From NCBI GenBank assembly GCA_028534125.1, contig CM052817.1:26662001-26726000 (forward strand): a DNA stretch of 64,000 bases. The letters are read 5' to 3'. Below are positions 1 to 13,094 of this stretch, piece after piece. The translations under genes were made by a program, and so were the position numbers. Every line of letters begins with the position of its first letter. Position 1 is the first letter of the stretch. The notes under the pieces were generated by a model. That model ran no database searches. It was not told the DNA's origin and worked only from the letters and a program-made list of their open reading frames with translations. This stretch comes from Lama glama. Its lineage: Eukaryota.

Positions 1-3000
1 CTGGAGCTAGAGAATGGTAGCCTAACAGAAGATGAGAGGGTATTTCCCCATATCCACCATGGGTTTCTCCCTTCTTCCTCTTTTATGAACAGCGTGGAAA
101 ATACATGAGGGCTATGTAACTTTCTCAGCATGGCTTAAAAACACTAGGGTTGTCTTCTTTGTTCCAATCAGGAAACAGCTCTCAACATCCTCTCTCCTGC
201 AATCAATGCTTCATTGTTTATGGAACTGAGGAAGTTCTTGGTGCAGTTTGTATAATCCAGACCAGACCTTTAGCACCTAATGCCTCTTTTTAAAAGGAAC
301 CAAAGTCTCTTTTCTTCCTGACATTTCAAGGCCAAATTGCACCCAACAGCTTTCAAGCATTCTGCCACTTGGCTACCTGTGTGACTCTGGGCATATTTCT
401 AAACCTCCAACCTGAACGTGGGTCTGTCCTCGATGAAGAGCAGCAGGAGAGAACAGTCTGGCCAAATCTCTCTCCCAGCATCACATAGGTTGTTTTAGCA
501 AGTCTAACAGACAGTTTTGTAAATGTGTTTCCACTGTATGTGTTCCACTGTGAACATTTTTATCGTCCATCATGTCCTCACACTTTCTGCCCTTGTAAGA
601 TTCACAACTGAGCTGAGTCCTCGCCTTGTAAAACTCCTTGGCTTCTCCTGTTGCAGGTGAGGAATGGGGCCTGTATCAGCCCTGTGTCTGTAGCTGGATG
701 CTGGCCAACAATGATGGGAAATAAATTAATGAAAGGTTGCTCACAGAATCTGTAAGGTGGTAGGAGAAGTAGACTTGGAAACTGGGGAGCAGTAGACACA
801 GTAGACACAGTATGGTCAGGGTGCCACCACCCTTGCCAACCCTGGTCACTGTCTTTGGACACTGATCTTAATGCTAGACTGTCTCAGCCACCATCACGGA
901 TCCAACATCACTGTATCTATGACTCTGCACAGTTCACAGTCCCGGGTGTTGGGGTCCTCGACCCTTTGTGGTCACTTTGCAGTTGGGGGCAAGAAGTGCG
1001 AGGTTTTCTGCCTTTTCTCTCCTGTACTGTACATGTGTTGGCTCAATCAGAAGATATAGGGTTCGTGTCCTATGGTTAACTCTTGAGATGCTGCTGCCAG
1101 AAGAAGGCTCTGACTCACAATGGGGGATTCCTCAAAATTAGGAAGGGGAATTTAGATGCTGGGCAGCAAAGGGGTGCCCACTGAGGTGCCAAAATTTTGG
1201 ACAGTATTATAAAGTCAGTTTTTTCAACCAAGCCCTTTGCTCTGCCCTCCTCCACCTTCTCTCCTGTCGAGCTCGGGCCTAGCCAAGTTCCGTCATGCTT
1301 CAGTACCCGGGCAGGTGCACCTGCTCCCTTCCAGTGCCTGGAGTCCTGCCATCCATTGCTCAGTGCCAACTGCTTGTTGTTTTAACATTGGGCCTCCATC
1401 CTCAGGGCCTTCTCCTGGGTGAGTTCTTGGAGTCAAGTTTCCTTTCATCTAGCTGCAGGTTGCCAGCTAAGCAATTATAGATCTTGGGACTTGAATTGAA
1501 ATGACCTTTTCTTTCCTTCTTGGCTTTCCTCTGAGGGTCTTCTCTCTCATCCCTGAATATGGCCAGAACGCTAGGTTGAAGTCAGGAGACCCAGACTTGT
1601 TCACTGCGGACTTGGGCAAGTAAAATGACTTGATGAGCCTCAGTTTCCTTTTCTGGGAAGACAAGGGGTGGTGACTATAAAGATTTCCTGAGCTTCTGAA
1701 TCACAGTGATTATGGTTCTAAGTCCAGTGTCTATTTTTTTCTTGCCTCCACTTCTTGGGCTCCTGACTTTCCTGGTTCTCTTCATTCTGATCTGCGTTAT
1801 TCTATCCCTTTGGTTTATTTTTAACAGACCAGCTATGGAGCTAGAATAAAAAGGGGAATTTTCTATTCGTCGTTCAACCCAGAGTTCTCCCACTCAGTAT
1901 CAGGCACACATTGCCCCAAGTCACTCAGCCTGAGGACTCTGACTTTTCTGGGGTCACGAGAGAAGAGCAGAGGGGCTGAGCTCTCGTGTGATCCTCACCC
2001 TACATGTGGGGTCAAACATCCTTGTCATTTTCTCAGTAAACACCCAGACGATCCTGGTGACATTACATTCCTTTTTGACAACACGGACTGCCACTGTAGA
2101 ATCGTATCTTTGCTCCTTGGTTTTACCCAGAAGGAGGAAAAAAAGCCAGACAAAGCAGCCTTTTGTTTATTTTATATACCAGAGGATCTTCTTGCAGGTT
2201 TTCCCTCTCTGTCTTTCCTGTACTGTTTCTTTCGGGGTTTCATTAAAATTGATGGCAGTCAGAAAAACAGCCACCATGTGCTGACAGCGTGCTCTGTTCC
2301 AGGCCCGGTGCTAGGCGCCTCAACTCTGTTACCCCCCGCAACCCTCTCAGTAAACACAGGCAGGAGGCCCCAATACTCTCTTGCTCCACTTGAGGAAACT
2401 GAGCCTTTGAGGAGCCATATGACCTCTTTCTTGGGAGCACCGTCTACCAGGCCCCACGGAGTCAGCAAGCAGGCACTCTGGTCGGCTTGGTTCACTCTCC
2501 CCAAAGTGCCCCCCCCGCTTTCCCACCTCCAGGGGTGGAGGAATCCCTGCGGCCTTCCTGATTTTCTTCTGTCTGGAAGCTTCCACGTCTTCTGAAATTC
2601 CCTGAGCTTCAGCTGCTTTGCTGGGAAGGATTTCACAGACTCTCTGTGGAACAGGACTTCTTGGCCCTTCAATGTTCCTGCTGTCACAGAGGCCACCATG
2701 CTAGGGGTGGACCCATTGCACACACACACCCCGGACTCCAGAAAAGATGGCTCTGACACCATCTCTGGGCCTTCTCAGGGTTAGAGCAGGAGTGGGATCT
2801 AGAAGTTTGCAGAAGTTTATGTCTTCATCTTTGGCACAATGACCTTTTTTTACTCCAATTCCCAAGTATGGATACATGCTCAGCTTCTCTCAAACTGCAC
2901 AGAACAGTCTCCATTTCCATTCAAATCAAATTTGCCCTGTTTTACCCCATCACGACCAGGGATAATTAGCTATTATCATCAAAATATTCATTTCTTTCCA

Positions 3001-4290
3001 TCTTTTTCCTTCTCATCCTTAAAAAAGATATTAAGCTCTTTAGGGGAACTGCCCTTGCCCATCGAGAGGTCCACGGACTATTGTTGTGGGAGTTAGAACT
3101 GGGGGGGCTTAATGTGCTTTTCTTTTTTGCTTTCTCCCAACTGACTCTAAGAATCCTTTTATCTAGAGAAGTGATTAGAATGGTTCCCGAAGGAGTTCAA
3201 AGAGAAAGAGAGTTAGTATTCAGTTTCTGACACTGAAAATAGGATTTCACAGCAAGACAATAACTTGAATGCTAGGCTTAGGGTGAGGGAAAAGATCTTT
3301 CTAAATAATTTGAGCTCCCTTGGTCTAGATCTTAGAGTTTCTCCCATAGGACAGAGAAGATAGCTCTGTGTATGATTTAGGTTTAGCCAGAAGTCTGTAG
3401 GTTCTATTTGGGTTAGAGCCAGGAAGCTATAAAGCAGAGGAAATGAACAAGCTTGCTGCCTCTTCTTGTTCTGGGGCATCGTGGGAAGATGAGACCGTGA
3501 ACAGAAGCTGAATTAGAAGGGAAATTGGTGAGATACGTGCTCTGATGAAAGGCAGGTTGGACAAGCTGAGAAGAGACCTCTGGTGGCAGGCTCTGCCCTG
3601 GGACAGGCGGCAGGGGCGGGCAGCCCAACATGGTACAGAAGGCCGTGCGGGGAGAACGGGCCTGCTCCACAGTCCCACGCCTCCCTCTATTCCCACAGGG
3701 GGGCTGGCGAGCCAGCCCTGATGCCCGCCACACCATGACGGTGGAGGGAGGTGGGGGCAGAGTTCCACAGGGTCCACAGCTCCAAGAGGAGATGACGTGA
3801 GGTGAGGGGACAGGGGGCAAGCGAGGGGAGCCTAGACCAGGAGCTACGCCATTTGCAGACATCAGTAGTGAGGGCTGAGCACCCACCGAAGGTCCTGCAT
3901 AAAGCCAAGGTGCCATCTTCCCAGCATCATTTCTGGTCCCCTAAAGGGACTGATTGAATGGTTATTTAGACTAAGGTTTAAGCTGGATTGGGCCTTCAGT
4001 TACATTTCTCTTCTTTAGCAAATAACAACAATGTACAATGATAATATAAATAAAATATTTTCTCTGCACATCCAAGGTGTATCGTGGGGATAGCCACTCT
4101 ACATTTCAATGAAAGAAAATCGGCATTTTTTATTTCAGGCCCAGTGACTTGAGTTTTTTAGACTTGGTTCTCGTTGCTAAGCTCTGGGTAGTTCCCAAAT
4201 GTTCACATTCCTCTGGAGTTCTAGACTATGTTCTCCTCCTCCTCCTCCTCCTCCTCAACATGAGCAATGACAGAGAGCGGGAACGCTCAC

Positions 4291-4542
4291 AGTTATGGGC
4301 TGAAATGTGACCCCCAAATTCATACGCTGAAGCCCTAGCCCCCAGCTCTTCAGAATGTGAACATATTTGGAGAGAGGGTCTCTAAAGAGGTGATTAAGTT
4401 AATATGAAGTACCCAGGAGGGCCCTCATCCCATCTGACTGGTGCCTTTATAAGAAGACAAAATTTGGATGCACCAAGAGACACCGGGGATGCAGACGCAC
4501 TGGAGAAAGATCACGCGAGGACACAGGAAAAGGGCGGCCATC
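4291..4542 (+). mobile_element. MaLR LTR fragment (MLT1A/B-like), 3'-truncated
   Basis: Starts gttatgggctgaaatgtgacccccaaattcatacgctgaagcccta and continues gaggtgattaagtta...cctttataagaagac, a recognisable MLT1 5' portion. Confidence 0.75.
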
Positions 4543-6008
4543 CTTTCTTTGTGCAAGTGAGTGTTTCGTGGTTAAAGGGAGGCCCCCCCGGAGCCATTAC
4601 AGGCACCATTTTTAAAGCCACAGGACATTCTGCAAGTCTATGCTCCTGTTCTGAGGATCTGCTGGATGTATTGCCATTATTTCACATAAAAGTATGGCCA
4701 CGGCGTGATGAATCAGCCAGCAGGCTGGTATTAAATGAGAACACGTAATCTCGAAGGTTCTTCACTGCGTTCATCCTTTAGGTGGGAGACAGAGTGACGG
4801 AGGCACACAAGATGGCAGCTGGGTCAGGGTGGCCCTTCCCCACTCAAGCCATTTTTCTGTGACAGATGCTGCTTTCATACTAGTGGGGAGACATGAAATT
4901 AGTGGCACAAAATGAGAGACAGAATAAAAAATGGAACCATAGTCTTGAAAATATATCACAGGACAAGATGTCTAGGGAAAAACTTCAGGAAGTTTCTTAT
5001 TTAGCAGAAAGCATCCAGCTGGGAGGGTGACAGAAACTCTGTGACTTGTTGTCCAGAGGCCTGGGGTCTTGTGAATATTCTTAATAAGCAATGCTTCCTA
5101 CCAGCTGGAAGCCAGCTCCTTGACTGACATCTGGAAATCACTCATGGAAATCAGGGGAGGCCCCAAAGAAATGACACTCTGAGAAAATATGCCCTGTACG
5201 TAGTCATTGACTTTTTCCTTTTCTTTGTTATGGGGATGGAGCTGACCCTAGATATTCTGGGAATAAGTCAGCCTGAAGTCCTTAGCATCCTGCCCTAGGG
5301 ATTCGGATCTGAGAAAAAGAAGCCTTTCCCTCCACTCTGTGTCCAAGGTACTGAATCCTTGTCCGGGTATGTGCCCAAGTTAAGGACATTAGGACAACTC
5401 AAAATATTAGGCAGGGCTAAGAGCATTAATAGGGTGCCCCCTGCCTTCAACCTATCCCTTCGTTCCCTCCAGCCCAGAGATACAAACTTTGACATCATCT
5501 ACCCATCTCTCTCTCTCTCTCTCTCTTGCTCACTCACTTTTTTCTAATCATTCACTGGGCCTAGTCAGAAGGAAAAGACTTTGCCTCATTCAACCAGAGT
5601 CCAGAGGGGAATTTTTTTTCTGAAAGTGGACAACCGTCTTCCCTACTCTGCCATCACCTATTTTGGGGGTAGAATCCCAGATGCTGGGTCCTTGAGCGAA
5701 TGGGGACATGTCTGTCATGACCTCAGCCCAAGAGCACACTTATCCCTGTCCAGGCAGCATTTCAAGGGCAATTGTGTTCAATACACCCAAGTCCTAGGCC
5801 TAGCACCCTGCCCCCTCTTCTAAACCTGTGGTTAGGGAAACACCCCAGGTTGCTCCTTGTCCCAGAGCCTTGGGACTCTGTTCAAGGGTAGGGGTGAACA
5901 AGCCTTCTCAGCTATCAAAGGTCTTTGCTATCTGAGCATTGCAACAGCAACACCAAATGGTCTAATCTTTTGCTTTAGATAGGCAGGGCCAGAGCTAAGG
6001 CAAAGAAT

Positions 6009-6097
6009 TTTTGTTTTTAATGGAGGCAGTGGGGTTTGAACCCAGGACCTCGTGCATGCTAAGCGTGCACTCTACCACTGATTTATACCCTCCGCCC
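6009..6097 (-). mobile_element. tRNA-derived SINE (Vic-1-like), short, with 12-bp TSD
   Basis: Minus strand reads GAGGGTATAAATCAGTGGTAGAGTGCACGCTTAGCATGCACGAGGTCCTGGGTTCAAACCCC (A and B boxes). Perfect TSD aaggcaaagaat at 5997-6008 and 6098-6109. Confidence 0.9.
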
Positions 6098-7654
6098 AAG
6101 GCAAAGAATCTTGTTTGTCGGGGAATAAAAGAATGCTGGAACCAGAGATACCTCGGAGGTCATCTGGCCCACAAGATACAAATGAGGAAACTAAGAGCCA
6201 GAAAAATGAAGTAGCTTACCCAAGGGCACACAGGCAGTAGTAGTAACACCAGCTGCTCCAATTTATTGAGCACTTACTACATTAGCTACCATGGGGTAAA
6301 GCATTTTATTTGCTTTATGTCTCCCGACAACAAGCTTACCAGATAGGTACTATTATTTCAGATTTACGGAAAGGATATGGAAGGCTAGAGAAGACAGGCA
6401 ATTTGCCCAGGCACCCTCAGCTGAGTACAAAGTCAGGTTTCCAGCACCCTCTTGGCTGTGACTCTGGTGTAAGACTTTGTTTTGGTAGGGCGGTCAGGAC
6501 ACTGGATTTTCCATACCTAAAACTTGATCAGGTTGCAAACTGCTGTTTTGTAAGTGACCAGTGTAGCAGGCTGCAGAAAAATACCAGGCCTCCCCAGGGC
6601 GAGAGGATTATACCCCTGAGCTCATCTTTCCACAGGTCTCTCCAAAGAGGCTGCGAAATGTTGACAAATGAGCTGAAGGTAGATCAAGTGCCAGCCACTG
6701 CGCATTTACTTCCTGATTAAGTGTATCCCTGGCATTTGCAGTTGAGAACACAGAAGAGCAAAGAGGATGTTAGCTTTCTCACAGGGTGGTGTGAAATCGG
6801 TCTCCAGGCAGGTCTGGGGGGTTGGGGGAGGGAGCAGGACTGGTTTTGTGCTTCTTCTTGGCCCTTCCCTCTCACTGCAGCCTCTTATCTTTTCCTTCCT
6901 TCATGTCTCAGCAGCCCCCTGCAAGCGCTACTCCAGGTCAGGAACTTTGCCCCAGTCCTCCACCCTCTCCTGCACAACAACATGCCTCCGCATGTGACGT
7001 CTCTCCTGCTCTTGGCAGCCCCAGGCTGACTGATAAGCTGACCCCTGAGATGTGCTCAGGGCAAACCCTCCCTCCCTTTAGGTAACACGTTTGCAATGTA
7101 AAGAGATCTGTCAAGTTTCTGAGCAGTCTGTGGAGCCAGGAAGACCAGGACACACTATCAGTCTGATTCGCCAATTCCTAGGGTTGCTATGAGCCTGTTC
7201 TCCGCTTCCCCTCCGCCCAAACTTCTGGGGGTGAGATTTCCAAGTCTCTGCCCATGCCAAGTGTATAATAAGTGAAACTTATTTGCATCTGTGTCCTCAC
7301 ACAAAGGCTATACCTGATGTGGGACTTGGTAACTCCCAGTTGTACCCCGGGTAACTCTCAATTGTCTTTTCATGTGTAAAAAAAAGAAGTTATCCTTAAA
7401 GCTATGGAAAATAATATTAAACTAGGATTTTTGAATATGTCTTATGGCTTAGATTCTATGTATTTACCTTGAGTCTTTATAACAACCTGGAGAGATAAAT
7501 ATTATCATCCTATTTCATTAGTGAAGAAACAGATTAAGTGACTTGCCCAGATTCCCTTAAGGAGAAAGTCTGAGCAAGATCTGTCTGACCTCATGGGCCT
7601 TGCTCTTGTGTTTCTGCAAAGACATGGGCCCCTTAGCTCAGTGTCCCTGCAGCC

Positions 7655-8044
7655 CAGGCTGAAGCTGACTTGTGAGAGTTGACTATCTAATTTTCAGGGA
7701 TTTTATGAGCCACCTGTTAAACATAGCTGTTATTAAAAAACAAATTATATAAACATATAAGAAAATAAATTTTATTAAAAAACAAAGGCAATAAATATGC
7801 AAAACTTCCCATTACTATCTTTGCTGTTAAGGTTATTTATGCCTATTTCATGTGCACGGTGGGAATGCTGAATAGTGCTGGACTATTGCACTCTCTTCCC
7901 ATCTCTGTGTTCTGTGAGAGCACCTTGGTGTCTTGAAATTAGCTGTGGTGGGACTGTTTACACCATGGAAATCTGCAAAGGCTCCAAATCAGGGCTTTGG
8001 CTTTCTGAAGAGCCGGTTGTTAAACACTTACTAGCAAGCCACTG
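7655..8044 (-). mobile_element. hAT DNA transposon, MER63-like
   Basis: Terminus gagccggttgttaaacacttactagcaagccactg and internal tttacaccatggaaat match recalled MER63. Confidence 0.7.
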
Positions 8045-8545
8045 CCCTAGCTCATTACCTCCTCATCACAGACAACAAACCTTGGGGCTAAAAGAACATA
8101 GAATCTAACTTAGAGATCTCCAGACTTATTTTATATTAAGCAAAGCTATTTTGTCAAATACCAGGCAGAAGCAGGTACCTGAAATAGGGGAGAGCAAAGC
8201 TGAACTAGTTGTTATTTCAAGCTTTTAAGCTTTGTGCTGGACTTTTACATATTACAAAGCAATAAATAATGAAACATGTAATTGTTCTCCCATTTCTCTG
8301 ATCATGGCTTCTCAGACCCCTATATGGGTGACTCTTCTCCTAACTGCCCCCAGCCACTGGTAGTCACCAAAGTCCCATTCTTGACCTTTCTTTGTCAGTG
8401 CGCACACTCTTTCTGTCTGATCTTCACTGTCCTCAGCTACCAGATGGATGTGTAATGAGTGTTGGTTTCCGAAAGGGAATAAACAGAATCTCTTTTTCCC
8501 TTCCTTGTTCTAAATAAACTAAGAAATAAAACAAGGAGTTAAAAT

Positions 8546-8705
8546 GGATACTAAAAATAGGCAACAAGGATTGTATAGCGTGGGGAACTACAGCCATTAT
8601 CTTGTAATAACTTTTCATGGAGTATAACTGTAAGGAGGACTGAATCACTATGCTGTACGCCTGAAATGAATGTAATATAGTAAATCCACTATACTTCAGT
8701 AAGAA
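8546..8705 (+). mobile_element. 5'-truncated L1 3' end (L1MA9/artiodactyl L1-like)
   Basis: tgtatagcgtggggaactacagccattatcttgtaataac...tgaatcactatgctgtacgcctgaaa...ctatacttca. Confidence 0.75.
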
Positions 8706-8719
8706 CTGGATTCCAACAA

Positions 8720-10780
8720 TATACAAAAACTAAATGTATTTCAACAAACTAGCCACGATTAATCCAAAAAGGAAATTATTCCGTTTACAATAGCATCAAA
8801 AAGAATGAACTAATGAGGACTAAGGTTAACTAAGACTTGTACACTGAAAACAATAAAACATTGCTGAAATAAAGAAGAGCTAAATAAATGGAAGGACACC
8901 CTGTGATCATGAATTGGGAGACCTAATTTTGTTAAAATGGCAATTTTGTTAAGATCTGCAAAGTGACCTACAGATCCAGGGCAATTCTTACCAAAATCCC
9001 AAAACCTTTTTTTTTTTTTTGCAGAAATGGAAAAGCTGAACTTAAAATTCATACGAAATTGCAAGGGACTCCAAATAGTCAAAACAATCTTGAAAAAAAA
9101 GAACAAAGCTGAAATACTCACTCTTTCCAATTTCAAAACTTACTACAAGACTAAGGTAATCAAGACGGTGTGGTACTCACATAGGGATAGACGTAGATCA
9201 ATGGACTAGAACTGAGTTTAGAAACAAACCCACACACCTACAGTGAATTGGGTTGTGACAAGAGAGCCAAGATAATTCAATAGGGAAAGAATAGTTTTTG
9301 CAACAAATTATGTTTGTACAGCAAAATATCCGAAGAATGAAGCTGTCCCCCTCCATCACACCATAGGCAAAAATTAACTCAAAATGGATCAAAGACTTAA
9401 ATGTAAGAACCAAACTGGAAAACCCTTAGGAAAAAAAAATAGGGCAAAATCTTGATGACTTTGGATTTGGCAATGGATAATCTTAGATAAGACACCAAAA
9501 GCATAAGCAACAACAACAACAAAAAACACCCAGATAAATCTGACTTCATCAAAATTAAAAACTTTTGTCATCAAAGGACACTATCAAGAATTTGAAGAAT
9601 ATGAAAACGAATGTATGTCTGTATATGCATGACTGGGACAATTCTGTACACGAGAAATGGACACACTGTAACTGATAGTACTTCAATAAAAACAAACAAA
9701 ACAAACAAATAAACAAAAGAATCTGAAAAGGCAACCCTGTAATGGGAGTAAATATTTGCAAATCATGTATCTGACGTGGGTTTGGTATCCAGGATATGTA
9801 AAGAACTTTTACAACTTAACAACAAAAGGCAAATCAATTAAAAATGGGCAAAGTCTTGAATAGATATTTTCCCAAAGAATACATATAAATGGCCAATAAG
9901 CACATAAAAACATTCTTAACATCATTAGTCAATAGCGAAACGCAAATCAAAACCACAATGAGATACCCCTTCACACCCACTAAGATGTCTATAACAAGAA
10001 AGAAAGCGAGAACGAAAGAAAAGAAAGAGGGGGAGGGGAGGGCGAAAGAAAGAAAGAGAAAAAAAACGAAAAAAAAACCCACAAGAATGGCAAGAATATG
10101 GAGAAATTGAAACACTCATATGTTGCTGGTGGGAATGTAAAATGGTGTCGCTGCTGTGCAAAACAGTTTGGCAGTTCCTCAAAAGTTGAACACAGAATTA
10201 CCATATGACCCAGCCATTGCTCTCCTAGGTAGGAACATACCCAAAAGAAATAAAAACAGGTGTTCAAACAAAAACTTGCATATGAATATTCCTAGCAGCA
10301 TTACTCAAAATACTGCAAAAGTAAAAACAACACAAGTGTCCATCCACTGTTTAATGGGTAAATAAAATGTGGTATGTTCATACAATGGCATTAAAAAGAA
10401 ATGAAATACTGATATGTGCAATAACATCAATGAATTTTGAAAATAAGCTAAGAGAAAAAAAAGCCAGTCATAAATGGCCATGTGTTATGTGATTACATTT
10501 ATAGGAAATGTCTAGAATAGGCAAGTCCATAGAGACAGGAGGCAGATCAATGGTTGCCAGGCACTGGAGTGAGAAGATGGAGAGTGCAAAATGGGTAAGG
10601 TTTTTTGTGGTTTTTTTTTTTTTTTTTTTTTGCAGTGGCAGTGGTGATGATGAAAATGATGCTCTGAAATTATATAGTGGTGACAGTTACACAACACTGT
10701 GAAGGCAATAAAAGCCATGGAATAGTATACTTCAAAATAAAATGGTGAATATTATGTTAATTTTACCATCAATTTAAAAA
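8720..10780 (+). mobile_element. Old LINE-1 (L1MB-like): degraded ORF2 C-terminal part plus 3'UTR
   Basis: ORF-track peptides LKFIRNCKGLQIVKTILKKKNKAEILTLSNFKTYYKTKVIKTVWY, ETQIKTTMRYPFTP and PYDPAIALLG are L1 ORF2-like, with many frameshifts and stops. Confidence 0.92.
9597..9716 (+). mobile_element. Younger short L1 3' end nested in the old L1, with A-rich tail and TSD
   Basis: gaatatgaaaacgaatgtatg...gcatgactgggaca...tacttcaataaaaacaaacaa. TSD aagaat(t/c)tgaa at 9586-9596 and 9717-9727. Confidence 0.85.
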
Positions 10781-11569
10781 TGGAGGTGAAAGCATCATGT
10801 TTATTAGTGTTGGAGGATGTTGGAAAACTTGACATGAAATCCATATGGACTTGCTAATTGAGCCCTCAAATTAGGCAGACTTACTGCATGAGGTCAAGGC
10901 AGCACTGGGTCTGGGAGGATTTAGAAGAGGAAAGAACAGAGGGAAACTTGTCTACTGTTAGGCTCCCAAGTGTGAGGAAGAGGAAATTGGGTAGCCACAA
11001 ATGCCCAGTTATCCCCAAATTTATCAATCAAGTATGAAGGTACCTCTCCAGGAGTGAAAAGAAACCAGGAGCAGAGAGAGGCCAGGTGTATTGTTTACTG
11101 AACTCACCACACATAAAAGGAAGCATCAGGAGAAGGGGTGGCATCTTCCTCATTAGTAATATGCACTCAGATGTAAAAAATAGTTTTCTTTGTTTTATAT
11201 CACAGTTTGTAACTTTGTTTTCCTGGGTAGCCAGTACAGCAGCAATTCTTGGTCTTGCAGTTAAAGGGATCTCAGGCTCTTTTGGTGTACAGTAATCTCT
11301 TTTTGATTAAAAACTCTCTTTTAAGCAAATATTCAATCAATTTAAAGTTCACCTCTCTGCCAGAGCTCTTTCTCCCTTCTCGCTCCTTTTCCTTCAAAAT
11401 GGCACTGTGGAGCTTTTCCTAGAGAGGGGAGACTTACCCAACCTCTCTGTGCCTCAGGTTCCTTGTCTGTTAAATGGGGATAAAAAATGATAGCATCTCA
11501 TGGAGTTGTTAAGAGGATTAAGTGGGTCAGTTCACAGAAAGTGCCCAGGACAGTGCTATATGATGCTAG

Positions 11570-11962
11570 TGCTCTGAAACTGCATCACTATCCACCCAGT
11601 TACCCAGGGCGGATGCTGGGAGTTAGTCATTTCCCTTTGCCCCATCACTAACTAGTCAGCAGCGTTTATTGACTTTATTTAACAGCCCTTGAGTCCATTC
11701 CATCTCTAATCCTTTTGTTAGTGCCTTCGTCCAGCCCACTATCATCTCTCCTCTGTTTCCGGCAACAGCCTCCTAACTGGCCTCCCTTCCTTTCATCCTT
11801 CCCTTCCAGCCTATTCTCCACTCTGTGGATGGAACATTGTCTCTAACATGTGATTCTGATCTAGTCACTCCCCTGATGAAAATCAATTACAGGCTCCCCA
11901 CTGTGGTCAGGCTGGAAGCTCACACCTGAATGGCCAATTCTGTACTGCGTGCATACCCTTCA

Positions 11963-12014
<52 letters not shown>

Positions 12015-12395
12015 CTGCCTCTTTCCTCACCTTCAGATCTCTAGCCTCACCTCTCATTTTAGGCTTTACTTCTTTTGTGCTATTTACAGAACCATCGCTC
12101 CCTTTGTCAGGATTACTTCCACCTCTTCTCAGTCTTCAGAACCCAGCATCGATCTCCCCTCTCCACGAAAAGCTCCATACCCTGAGCCTGGGTTAAGTGC
12201 CCCTCCTCTGTCCTCTCCAAGCACTGGAATTCATCTCTGTCCTAACACTTCTCTCGCTAATTTACAATTACCTTCTAACTGTTCTGTTTTTTTCACTTAG
12301 ACCAACATTTTCTGGGACTGGAGTCTCTACCCTGAATGCCTAACACAACGCTTAGTATATCATAGGTGCTCAATAGATGTTTGATGAATGAGTGG
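11570..12395 (-). mobile_element. LINE-2 fragments (interrupted by a CA repeat)
   Basis: aacagcctcctaactggcctcc...tctgatctagtcactcccctg and the 3'-end motif taggtgctcaatagatgtttgatgaatga. Confidence 0.65.
11964..12013. repeat. (CA)25 microsatellite
   Basis: Directly visible perfect dinucleotide run. Confidence 0.97.
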
Positions 12396-12463
12396 AAGTT
12401 TGTTGGGTGGACCTTACTAGAGGGAAGGAAACTTCCTGGAGAAACTGCAGGTAGTTTGGAATG

Positions 12464-12765
12464 CAGGCACACCTCAGAGACCTCGTGGGTTCAGTTCCAG
12501 ACTGCCACCGGAAAGCAGATATCGCCATAAAACGAGTCCCATGTGTGCTGTTTTACAGTGCACATTAAGAGTTACGTTTATACTACACTGTAGTCTATTA
12601 AGTCTGCAGTAGCATTAAGTCTAAAAAACAATCCACATACCTTAATTTAAAAATAATGCTGCTGGAAAAACGGTGCTGATAGACTTGCTCAATCCTGGGT
12701 CGCCATAAACCTTCAATTTGTAAAAACTCACCACCTGCGAAGCGTAATAAAACGAGGTCGGCCCG
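12464..12765 (+). mobile_element. Internally deleted Tigger1-type (TcMar) DNA transposon
   Basis: Left end caggcacacctcagagacctcgtgggttcagttccagac, right end gtaataaaacgaggtcggcccg followed by TA. Both resemble decayed Tigger1 terminal inverted repeats. Confidence 0.8.
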
Positions 12766-12957
12766 TAATTGGTGAGAAAGGTAACCAAGAGAAGGAAACG
12801 TGGTCAAAATCTTCGGTAACTAGCACCAGCACCTGCTCTGGTTCATCGCAGGGACCCGGTGGAGCACACTGCCTGAATATCAGTTCTGCCCGTGTGCAAC
12901 CAGCAGGAGATAACGTGAGAGCAATGCACAGGGGCCCGAGTATAAAGGATCTGGAGT

Positions 12958-13094
12958 TTTGGGTTTTTTTTATAGAGGGGGTAATTTTAGGTTTCCTTAT
13001 TTGTTTTTATTTTTTAAACAGAAGTACCGGGAATTGAACCCAGGACATTGTGCATGCTAGGCATGCAATCTACCACTGAGCTACACCCTTCCGC
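12958..13094 (-). mobile_element. tRNA-derived SINE (Vic-1-like), full length
   Basis: Minus strand reads GGGTGTAGCTCAGTGGTAGATTGCATGCCTAGCATGCACAATGTCCTGGGTTCAATTCCCGGTACTTC...AAACCTAAAATTACCCCC. Imperfect TSD aaggatctggagt / aaggacctggtgt. Confidence 0.88.

Noticed and set aside
1988..3916. Overlapping 100-167 aa ORFs on both strands
   Set aside because: No recognisable domain, exon structure or codon bias. They are consistent with chance ORFs in moderately GC-rich intergenic DNA.
1..8500. Exons of a neighbouring gene (CHRNA9 lies on this side in human, from recall)
   Set aside because: I recognised no nicotinic-receptor-like peptide or other coding exon in this stretch.
9027..10365. ORFs with reverse-transcriptase-element similarity
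   Set aside because: Frameshifted remnants of L1 ORF2, not a functional gene.
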